32,000 nucleotides of DNA from Candidatus Paracaedimonas acanthamoebae. Its GTDB lineage: Bacteria > Pseudomonadota > Alphaproteobacteria > Caedimonadales > Caedimonadaceae. The translations under genes were made by a program, and so were the position numbers. The stretch spans positions 840,001 to 872,000 of the forward strand of contig CP008936.1 in NCBI GenBank assembly GCA_000743035.1. The letters run 5' to 3'. Each line of letters opens with the position of its first letter. Positions within the stretch are counted from its first letter, which is position 1. Shown piece after piece: positions 19,337-26,912 of the stretch. The notes below the pieces were generated by a model that was given only the letters and a program-made list of their open reading frames with translations, searched no databases and was not told the origin of the DNA.

Positions 19337-21850
19337 ATGAAAAAGTTTTATAAAATCTATAAAGGTATTAATTTGTTTCGTTATTTAGGAACTATTTTTA
19401 GCTATTGTTTTCTTTCTCTTACTCTTATAGGAAGTGGAGCACTTGCTATTTTTTACTATTTCGGAATAGGACTTCCTAATTATCAACATCTCGCTCATTA
19501 CAAACCTGATGTTGTTACCCGGCTTTACGCCCAAGATGGCCGTATGTTTGCTGAATATGCCTATGAAAAAAGAATTTTTGTTCCACTTGAAGCAATTCCT
19601 AAGCTTATTATTAAAGCATTTTTATCAGCAGAAGATAAGAACTTTTATTATCATTCAGGAATTGATATTCCAAGTATTCTCTCTGCTACTGCACACAATA
19701 TTACCCATGCTGCCTTTTCAAAGCGTCCTTATGGCGCTTCAACAATAACCCAACAAGTTGCCAAGAATTTCTTACTAACTGATATAGCTAATCAGGTTTC
19801 TTATGAAAGAAAAATAAAAGAGGCTATCTTGGCTTTTCGTCTTGAAAGCGCTTACTCTAAAGACCACATTCTTGAGTTATATTTGAACCAAATTTATCTA
19901 GGAAATGGATCTTATGGTATTGCGGCAGCTGCGGTAAATTACTTTAATAAAGGCCTTTCTGAGCTTTCGCTGGCCGAAATTGCCTTTTTAGCCGCACTTC
20001 CGAAAGCTCCTAATAATTATAACCCTAAAAGAAACCCTGAAGCAGCAAAAGCTCGAAGAAACTATGTTCTTCAAAGAATGTTAGAAGATAAATATATCCT
20101 AGAGAAAGATGCTCAAAAAGCTAAATTTGAACCTTTAATTATTACTGATCGAAAAGATTCAGAGACTGTCTATGCAAACTATTTTTCAGAAGAAGTCAGA
20201 CGCGAGCTTGTTGAAAAATTTGGTGAAAAATCACTTTATAAAGATGGGTTAGTTGTTAGAACTTCACTGAATGTAGAATACCAAAAAGCAGCTCGAGAAT
20301 CTCTTAAAGAAGGGCTTATTGCTTATGATCGTCGGCACGGTTGGCGTGGGCCTCTCACAAATCTTTCCTTACCCCCTTCTAAGAGAGCAATTCCTAAATC
20401 TTTTTCTATTAATAAATCAGCAGCCTGGATTCCTAAACTTCAAGAAATTAAACTTCCTCTCGGCCATGGCCAGTGGATTATTGCAGTCGTTCTTGAATTA
20501 AGCTCAGAGTTTGCATTAATTGGTTTATTAGATGGCTCCATAGGACGCATTCCTCTTTCGGAATTAAAATGGGCACGCCGCTATATTAATGAAAATATGC
20601 TCGGTCCTATCATCGCCCACCCTAAAGATGTTTTAAAACTCGGTGATGTAATTCTAGTAGATAGGATTTCAAACACAAAGAATACGAAGAACAACGATTT
20701 TTTTAAGCTTTGTCAAATTCCTAACGTGTCAGGAGGAATCATTGTCATGGATCCTCATTCAGGGCGTGTCCTTGCTTTACAAGGTGGCTATAGCTTCAAA
20801 AGCAGTCAATTTAATAGAGCAACTCAAGCTTGGAGACAAATTGGCTCAACAATTAAACCTTTTGTCTATCTAGCAGGAATTGAAAAAGGGTTGCACGGTT
20901 CTATGATTGTGCAAGATGTCCCTTTTTCCATAAATCTTGGCAAGAATTTAGGCATTTGGCGCCCTCGAAATTATGATGAAAAATTTATGGGTCCTTTAAG
21001 TTTAAGGCGTGCTTTTGAACTTTCTCGTAATGCTGTCACTATTCATCTTACACACGATATTATTGGCATAAAGAATGTTATTAATATTGCTCAACGATTT
21101 AATATCACGGATAAAATGCCAGCTCAATTAGCTGTGGTATTAGGAGCAAGCGAAACAACTTTACTTCGATTAACTGCTGCCTATGGCATGATCGCTAATG
21201 GCGGTAAAAAAATCGTTCCTACTCTTCTTGATCGTGTTCAAGATCGCTATGGAAAAACCCTTCTAACAAACCAATTTGTACAGTGCAGAGGTTGCGATAG
21301 TAAACTAGCGTTAGGATCGGAAATTCCAACTCTTCAAGATGAGCGCCCTCTCGTCACTGATCCCGCAAGTGCTTATCAAATGATCTCGCTTTTGCAAGGG
21401 GTTGTAGAAAGAGGAACTGCTAAAACTCTTCTAGAATTAAAATGTCCAATTGCAGGAAAAACAGGCACAACAAATGAATTTCGTAATGCTTGGTTTGTTG
21501 GTTTTACCCCTAATCTCGTGGTAGGTATTTATGTAGGATTTGACTCGCATACCACGCTCGGACTACATGAAAGTGGAGCTCGTGCTGCTGCTCCAATATT
21601 TTTAGAATTTATGAAAAAAACTCTAAAAAATAAACCTGCCCAACCATTTCGCGTGCCGCCAGGTATAAAGCTTGTACGTGTTGATGTATCTACGGGCCAG
21701 CCTACACATGGAAATGGCCAGAATATTATTTTTGAAGCTTTCAAATCTGAGACAGACTTATCTAGCCTAGAGATACGAGAAAATAGTTCTCAAGAACCGC
21801 ATTCTTCGACTCAAAGTATGATAGAATCTAAAACTGATGGCTTGTATTAA
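19337..21850 (+). CDS. mrcA: Penicillin-binding protein 1A (bifunctional transglycosylase/transpeptidase)
   Basis: It has an N-terminal TM anchor and GT51 motifs (EDKNFYYHSGID, RKIKEA, ILELYLNQIYLG). Transpeptidase motifs are STIKPF, SRN and KTGTTN. Confidence 0.92.
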   Translation: MKKFYKIYKGINLFRYLGTIFSYCFLSLTLIGSGALAIFYYFGIGLPNYQHLAHYKPDVVTRLYAQDGRMFAEYAYEKRIFVPLEAIPKLIIKAFLSAEDKNFYYHSGIDIPSILSATAHNITHAAFSKRPYGASTITQQVAKNFLLTDIANQVSYERKIKEAILAFRLESAYSKDHILELYLNQIYLGNGSYGIAAAAVNYFNKGLSELSLAEIAFLAALPKAPNNYNPKRNPEAAKARRNYVLQRMLEDKYILEKDAQKAKFEPLIITDRKDSETVYANYFSEEVRRELVEKFGEKSLYKDGLVVRTSLNVEYQKAARESLKEGLIAYDRRHGWRGPLTNLSLPPSKRAIPKSFSINKSAAWIPKLQEIKLPLGHGQWIIAVVLELSSEFALIGLLDGSIGRIPLSELKWARRYINENMLGPIIAHPKDVLKLGDVILVDRISNTKNTKNNDFFKLCQIPNVSGGIIVMDPHSGRVLALQGGYSFKSSQFNRATQAWRQIGSTIKPFVYLAGIEKGLHGSMIVQDVPFSINLGKNLGIWRPRNYDEKFMGPLSLRRAFELSRNAVTIHLTHDIIGIKNVINIAQRFNITDKMPAQLAVVLGASETTLLRLTAAYGMIANGGKKIVPTLLDRVQDRYGKTLLTNQFVQCRGCDSKLALGSEIPTLQDERPLVTDPASAYQMISLLQGVVERGTAKTLLELKCPIAGKTGTTNEFRNAWFVGFTPNLVVGIYVGFDSHTTLGLHESGARAAAPIFLEFMKKTLKNKPAQPFRVPPGIKLVRVDVSTGQPTHGNGQNIIFEAFKSETDLSSLEIRENSSQEPHSSTQSMIESKTDGLY

Positions 21851-21918
21851 AATTATGGATTGTAAACTAATATTAAATTTTTATAGTAATAACACTTAAA
21901 AAAATTAAAGGAAAATAT

Positions 21919-23035
21919 ATGCGTACCGAAATTCAAGCTAAGGTTGATAATATAAAACAAATTATCAGTATTCTAAGGAGGCATCTTTGACTGGGATGCA
22001 ACGCTAAAAAAGCTTGATTCTCTGAATCAACAAGCTGAAGACCCTCAACTATGGGATAATCCCGAGAATGCGCAAAAAATCTTGCGAGAACGTGAATCTT
22101 TAGCTTTTTCTCTTAAACGCATAGAATCACTTGAACTTGAATTAGAAAATACTATTGGGCTCTTGGAACTTGCCGAACTTGAAGGTGAAGAATCACTTCT
22201 GCATGAAACAGAAGCAACTCTTACCAAATTAGAAGTAACGACTGAAAGACTTAGGCTTGAAAGTCTGCTTTCAGGTGAGGCTGATGCTAATGACTGCTTT
22301 ATTGAAATTCATGCTGGTGCTGGTGGTACTGAAGCGCAAGATTGGGCGCTAATTCTTCAACGCATGTATATACGCTGGGCTGAGAGTCATAAATTCAAAC
22401 TTGAATGGATGGAAGAAATCTCTGGCGAAGAGGCAGGGATAAAATCTTGCACCTTTAAAGTAATGGGGCATCAAGCCTATGGTTGGCTTAAATCAGAAAG
22501 TGGCGTCCATCGCCTTGTTCGTATTTCTCCCTTTGATTCAAATGCTAGACGCCACACAAGTTTTGCATCCATATGGGTCTATCCTGTTATTGATAATTCA
22601 ATTGATATCACGATTGAAGAGAAAGATTTAAGAATTGATACTTATCGAGCTTCAGGAGCTGGTGGCCAGCACGTGAATAAGACAGAAAGTGCAATTCGCA
22701 TTACTCATATTCCAACAGGAATTGCTGTTCAGTGCCAGAATGATCGTTCACAACATCGTAACCGTGCTCAAGCTTATGACATGCTTCGTGCACGACTTTA
22801 TGAGTTAGAACTTAAGAAGAGAGAAGAAGCAGCTCAATCTCAAAATGCCTCTAAAGCAGATATTGGGTGGGGTCACCAGATTCGCTCTTATGTGTTGCAG
22901 CCTTATCAAATGGTTAAAGATTTACGCACAGGAGTTGAAAAAGGGAATGCACAAGGTGTGCTAGATGGAGATATTGATGCTTTTTTAGAGGCAGCTCTTG
23001 CGCAAAAAGTCCTGGGAAATAAGGCAGCTGAATAA
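21919..23035 (+). CDS. prfB: Peptide chain release factor 2, requiring the programmed +1 frameshift: join(21919..21987, 21989..23035)
   Basis: Frame 1 reads MRTEIQAKVDNIKQIISILRRHL and then TGA. Skipping T21988 continues DWDATLKKLDSLNQQAEDPQLWDNPENAQKILRERESL... into the 22082-23035 ORF. The protein has the SPF motif (RISPFDS) and the GGQ motif (SGAGGQHVNK). Confidence 0.93.
21976..21991 (+). other. prfB programmed +1 ribosomal frameshift site
   Basis: An internal SD-like AGGAGG (21976-21981) sits 3 nt upstream of the slippery and stop context CTT TGA C (21985-21991). This is the canonical RF2 autoregulatory site. Confidence 0.9.
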
Positions 23036-23074
23036 GCTTATTTATTATTTATATTCCAATTCAGCTGGTTAAGC

Positions 23075-23103
23075 TTGACGTGTTCTCCAATACCCGTTAT
23101 CTA
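23075..23103 (+). promoter_or_regulatory. Sigma70-like promoter for tRNA-Ser(UGA)
   Basis: TTGACG (23075-23080), a 17-nt spacer, then TATCTA (23098-23103), which ends 13 nt before the mature tRNA 5' end. Confidence 0.45.
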
Positions 23104-23116
23104 AGGGAGATCAATT

Positions 23117-23206
23117 GGATGGGTGGCCGAGCGGTTGAAGGCACCGGTCTTGAAAACCGGCAAGGGTGTAAGCTCTTCGTGGGTTCGAATCCCACCCCAT
23201 CCGCCA
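23117..23206 (+). tRNA. tRNA-Ser (anticodon UGA), CCA encoded, long variable arm
   Basis: Acceptor GGATGGG/CCCATCC, anticodon stem CCGGT/ACCGG with loop CTTGAAA, a long variable arm, and T arm GTGGG-TTCGAAT-CCCAC. A T8 run follows it. Confidence 0.92.
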
Positions 23207-23526
23207 TTTTTTTTATTATGTTTTTTCTGTATATTGCTTTTAAAAAATTCTCCGTTTAATTTTAATGCTAAATTTCAAAAATGTATCATAGCTTGTTAGA
23301 TTTTTAATGAATATGTAGAGAATCAAAGAGAACGAAGGGTTCCTTATAAAAGGAAAGCTCATGATAATGACTAAAGAAAAAATATCTTTAAATGAAAAAT
23401 TTTTAAGTATCTATGATGCCTCTGAGTATGAACGCCCAAATACAACCGTAGATTAAGGTAGAAGATCGTTGTTTCAGACTAAGAACCAGATTATGGAAGC
23501 AGCAATAAGAAAGAGATCAGAAGAAA

Positions 23527-24588
23527 ATGGATTTATACAGAAAATTGTCCATATTATGTTATCATATTATACGTTCTCAATTAGCAAATCTCAATATCTT
23601 ACGCAAAATATTCTGCAAGCCTTCTCATAAATCAAAGCAAATCAACAAAGGGTGCTCCCTTATTGAAACAGTAAGATTGCACAAAAACCGGAACAATAGA
23701 CCAGTTATACAGCAAATATGCTTCACAGAGTTATTGAACTCTATGGAAGTATGCCCTTGGGAAGAGATACATGGCTTTCAAAGTGAGAGAAGATTCAATG
23801 ATTTTCTTAAATGGCTCAGCGAACAGATTAACGAAGGGATAGCAAAAGAAATATGTGCTCCAAAGGAGAAAATTTTCTATAATACTCGAGATAAATGGTT
23901 TGTTCATAATGAGAGTAAATTGATATGGCATTTAATCTGGCCAGATATGACGACTCTTACGGGAGCATTCAAGATTTACATTGAAAACTTTAATGATACT
24001 TGGACAGAAACACTTATCCATCGTGAAGAAGACTATGAACTCCTTTCTCAATGGATGAATAAACAAATTGAATTAGGGAAAGCAGCAAGAGTTAGCATTG
24101 AGACCCCGCTTATTGGGACTTTTGTGCAGATTGCTAGTGGCCAAGTATGGGACTTATACCCACCTGATGATCGTGGTCATTCTGGGCATTTCAAGCGTAT
24201 TGAAGTTGCAGATATTAACGAAAAATTAGCAAGGTTAAGATTCTTGCTCAAAAAACACTTGGTAATATTAAAAAAAAATAACGGTTGCAGTTACATAAAA
24301 GACATTGAAAAAATTCTTACAGATCTAACAAACAATAAGAGATCTTCTGAAACTCTTTTAAATGCAGCCCGTTCTTATTATCAACTTCTTATGAAAGGTC
24401 ATGGTACGCTCGAGAGGTTTATGATTTATCATGAAGATGAAAAGATACAAGCGGAATTAAACAATAATTTAACAGAAGCCATGCAAGAAACATGCGACTT
24501 ACTTGATCTGAAATTTTCTCGTCTACCAACCGTTGAGGAAGGGTATCCGCCAGGACATATATATTGGAAAATTAAAGATGAAAAGTGA
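23527..24588 (+). CDS. Hypothetical protein (orphan) with an internally duplicated ~75-aa module and a helical C-terminal region
   Basis: It is the only long ORF between the two tRNA-Ser genes. Residues ~76-150 and ~158-225 align with each other (W-x-E...F/Y-x-x-L-x-x-W-x-x-x-QI-x-x-G-x-A...W-x-L-x-x-PD-x4-5-G-x-FK-x-I). The true start is uncertain. The first ~70 aa are basic and low-complexity, and Met73 at 23743 is an alternative start. Confidence 0.55.
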   Translation: MDLYRKLSILCYHIIRSQLANLNILRKIFCKPSHKSKQINKGCSLIETVRLHKNRNNRPVIQQICFTELLNSMEVCPWEEIHGFQSERRFNDFLKWLSEQINEGIAKEICAPKEKIFYNTRDKWFVHNESKLIWHLIWPDMTTLTGAFKIYIENFNDTWTETLIHREEDYELLSQWMNKQIELGKAARVSIETPLIGTFVQIASGQVWDLYPPDDRGHSGHFKRIEVADINEKLARLRFLLKKHLVILKKNNGCSYIKDIEKILTDLTNNKRSSETLLNAARSYYQLLMKGHGTLERFMIYHEDEKIQAELNNNLTEAMQETCDLLDLKFSRLPTVEEGYPPGHIYWKIKDEK

Positions 24589-25096
24589 AGAAGTTACCTA
24601 ATTTTAAAATATTTTAATTTTCATACACACATCAAGATTGACCAAGAAACGCAATACTATCTTCAACAAACTCATCTTCATATTAAGTGGATAATTAAGT
24701 CGCGGTTTTTAAATAGAATCAGGAATTATGACGGCTATCACCCCTATCTTCACTAAATACAACAACAATGTTGTACCTTCCCCTTTTTGTCGTTTCCTTA
24801 AGAACGAGAATCTATACAAGATTTCAAAGATAGAAAATATCTCTCTCAACCTTTTATCTTTTCTTGGATCACTACCTCTCGCCAATGAGAAGAAATGATC
24901 AACTAACTTCCCCTCAATTCTTCCCCTCTTCCACTAAACTCCCTTCTTTCCTATTTCTCTTCTTGATCTCTCATCAGCCCATGGCTGTCTAAAACTTTCA
25001 CACCCAACAAAAACTCTAAAATTTTCGCTTTAGGATTGGTAGTTCAAAAATACCCATCATCTTCTTCCTACAAACTGACAGCTGTAATCTTCTCAT

Positions 25097-25258
25097 TTAC
25101 CACATCATCCACGGCATGAGAGGGGGTGGTTGAGGACACCGACGACTCAAATAACGCTCCAGCGCATCTATAATCCCCTGCTCTTCTTCACATAAAGCTC
25201 TCTCTTCTAATTGACGCTCTATTGGCGATCCTTTATTCCCAGACATATCTAATGACAT
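25097..25258 (-). CDS. Possible small ORF (53 aa) inside the decayed region
   Basis: ATG at 25258 is preceded by AGGA 8 nt upstream. The translation is MSLDMSGNKGSPIERQLEERALCEEEQGIIDALERYLSRRCPQPPPLMPWMMW. It falls below the 60-aa track cutoff and I recognise no family. It could be a gene fragment. Confidence 0.25.
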   Translation of the reverse strand: MSLDMSGNKGSPIERQLEERALCEEEQGIIDALERYLSRRCPQPPPLMPWMMW

Positions 25259-25399
25259 TTAAACATCCTATTTATCTTTGTTCTTTTTTATTCTTAATAT
25301 TTTGGGCCTTCCTCTTTCCTTTCAAAGAAGAGAAAGGAAGACGCTGCCTTCTTAAAGTGACCCTTCACTCATGATAAATGAAGGATACCCCTTGAAAGG

Positions 25400-25694
25400 A
25401 AGACAAACATCTCCCCTATCTTCTTCTATCTGCCCAATCATCTGTTAGAAAAATCCTACTTCCAGCTTCTAGAACGCTGAAAACAACAAAAGCTCTTGCT
25501 TTTTTACCTCACACTTTGCCGTGAAAACCTTTGAGGCTGTCGACAATAACCACCAAAGATTTCTCACCAACAGTATGCCCAATCATTAGACATACGGGGG
25601 CATTCCCCAAATTTAAGGTTATAAGCTCATCCTTCAAGAATAAGGTCTTTAGTCTTTCTGGAGTCCGAGCCCCCCTCTTCTCAGAGGGCTTTTT
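25400..25694 (-). pseudogene. Possible 5'-truncated, stop-interrupted remnant of an IS630/Tc1-mariner-type DDE transposase
   Basis: One minus-strand frame reads ...GEKSLVVIVDSLKGFHGKV*GKKARAFVVFSVLEAGSRIFLTDDWADRRR*. This resembles the conserved lvlDNxxxHkxxxv ... leaaGxxlxfLPpYSPDlNPIE block of IS630-family enzymes. The frame is broken by in-frame TGA and TAG, and the TAG falls where the catalytic E would be. There is no N-terminal half and I found no terminal inverted repeats. Confidence 0.3.
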
Positions 25695-25880
25695 CTAATA
25701 ATGTTGGACAGATGTAAAACGTTTTAAATCTAAAGCTTAGAGCTTATCTCTAAGCTTATACTTATACTCTATCATAAACAGTTACATTTATCAATAGAAA
25801 AGTGTACAAGAATAAGTTTTTTTTTATTAAGTGCAATATTCTCACAAATATTTTAATTCTATCAATAATACAACTTAACG

Positions 25881-25909
25881 TTGACATTGACGTGAACTCT
25901 CGGTACTAA
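25881..25909 (+). promoter_or_regulatory. Sigma70-like promoter for tRNA-Ser(GCU)
   Basis: TTGACA (25881-25886), a 17-nt spacer, then TACTAA (25904-25909), which ends 16 nt before the tRNA 5' end. An overlapping second TTGACG lies at 25887-25892. Confidence 0.45.
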
Positions 25910-25925
25910 ACATATAACTCATTAT

Positions 25926-26017
25926 GGAGGGGTGGCCGAGAGGCTGAAGGCGGCGGTTTGCTAAACCGTTATACGGGTAATTCCGTATCGTGGGTTCGAA
26001 TCCCATCCCCTCCGCCA
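25926..26017 (+). tRNA. tRNA-Ser (anticodon GCU), CCA encoded, long variable arm
   Basis: Acceptor GGAGGGG/CCCCTCC, anticodon stem GCGGT/ACCGT with loop TTGCTAA, a 20-nt variable arm, and T arm GTGGG-TTCGAAT-CCCAT. Confidence 0.92.
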
Positions 26018-26147
26018 TTTAAATCTTCTCTTTTTAATATGAGAAGTTGCCTCAGCTTGATTAGAATCCCCTCACTTTATAGGACAGTATTGTGGCTGGT
26101 TTAGTATTAAGCTTCTTAAAAAAATTAGAGATTTTTTCTCACAAATA

Positions 26148-26912
26148 ATGTTTTATGATGCCTATTACACATCTCAACTCTATGCCTCCAGATATTTAAT
26201 TAAAAATCGATGGAGAAAACTCAATAAGCACCTAGAATTCAAATCTGTTTTTGTAACAGTTGCAGATCGTGAGAACCTATACAATCATATTATTATAAGA
26301 TCAAATAATGAAAAGTGTTACTCAAAACTCGTTGCCTGTTTAACTGTTTCCAATATGAATTTTAAGTACCAGCAACTCATTACTCTTTTTAATATTGATA
26401 AAGCACTTACAATAGTGAGATTAGATCAAATTCCTCCTTATGATCTTATCTTTATACAAGACAACATTTTTACGACTTATGATACCTTACGCATAGATAT
26501 TCTTGAACTATACGAAAAAGGAAAAGAGGATATAAATCTTGGGCCAGAAACTCAACCTTATGTTACTCATTTTTTACTAGCCTCTCGCTTATTCTCTGAA
26601 AATAATTTAAGAAAATGGGAAGAGTTATGGAATACAGAGATGATAGTGCAAACTATGAACGAACTCCGCATATCATACAAAATTTATTTATCATATCTAC
26701 CCTACCTTTCGGGTAAAAAGAAATTAATTCGTATAATAACCCATCCACTTTATATATTTCTTTCAAGTAAAATCATGATAAAATTTATTTTTTGGACAAA
26801 AAATATAATCATAGCAAGGCAACTTAGGGAAAAGTACAAAATTGATTTTGAGAAGGAATTAAGTAACATTAATCCTCATCTATATATATTTTATTATAAA
26901 TATAGATATTAG
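26148..26912 (+). CDS. Hypothetical protein (orphan, very AT-rich)
   Basis: 254-aa ORF rich in Ile/Lys/Asn/Tyr, with a hydrophobic segment near the C-terminus (LIRIITHPLYIFLSSKIMIKFIFW). I see no recognisable motif and no obvious RBS. It could be a real lineage-specific gene or an ORF arising by chance in AT-rich DNA. Confidence 0.4.
   Translation: MFYDAYYTSQLYASRYLIKNRWRKLNKHLEFKSVFVTVADRENLYNHIIIRSNNEKCYSKLVACLTVSNMNFKYQQLITLFNIDKALTIVRLDQIPPYDLIFIQDNIFTTYDTLRIDILELYEKGKEDINLGPETQPYVTHFLLASRLFSENNLRKWEELWNTEMIVQTMNELRISYKIYLSYLPYLSGKKKLIRIITHPLYIFLSSKIMIKFIFWTKNIIIARQLREKYKIDFEKELSNINPHLYIFYYKYRY

Noticed and set aside
17745-22227. Track ORFs 17745-18056(-), 18521-18742(+), 19509-19748(+), 20319-20501(+), 21529-21744(-) and 22045-22227(-).
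   Set aside because: They are nested within or antisense to rpsA, PBP1A and prfB, which are all strongly supported.
23731-23931. Track ORF 23731-23931(-).
   Set aside because: It is antisense to the 353-aa orphan, and that orphan's internal duplication supports the plus-strand frame.
24728-24898. Plus-strand 56-aa ORF (MTAITPIFTKYNNNVVPSPFCRFLKNENLYKISKIENISLNLLSFLGSLPLANEKK) with an AGGA upstream.
   Set aside because: It lies in the pyrimidine-skewed region, where the opposite strand is also open and is compositionally more coding-like. I see no motif. I could not decide, so I did not call it.
24600-25900. Possibility that the ORF-free region encodes tmRNA, RNase P RNA, a group II intron or another large structured RNA.
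   Set aside because: I found no tRNA-like GGTTCGA...CCA terminus outside the annotated tRNAs. There is no plausible Ala-rich tag ORF, since the GNDKKGKVQHCCCI frame does not end like a tag. I saw no GAGGAAAGTCC-type P4 motif and no domain V-like hairpin.
26061-26075. The sequence TTAGAATCCCCTCAC resembles the 3' end of tRNA-Ser(GCU) (TTCGAATCCCATCCC, about 12/15) and could be an att-site remnant.
   Set aside because: It lies only about 45 nt from the tRNA and is short and imperfect. That is insufficient evidence of an integrase-mediated duplication, and no integrase gene is present.
25839-26147. An exact 12-nt direct repeat TTCTCACAAATA (25839-25850 and 26136-26147) flanks tRNA-Ser(GCU).
   Set aside because: For this AT-rich composition, about one such 12-mer pair within 300 bp is expected by chance per window on my rough estimate. 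The repeat does not extend on either side.
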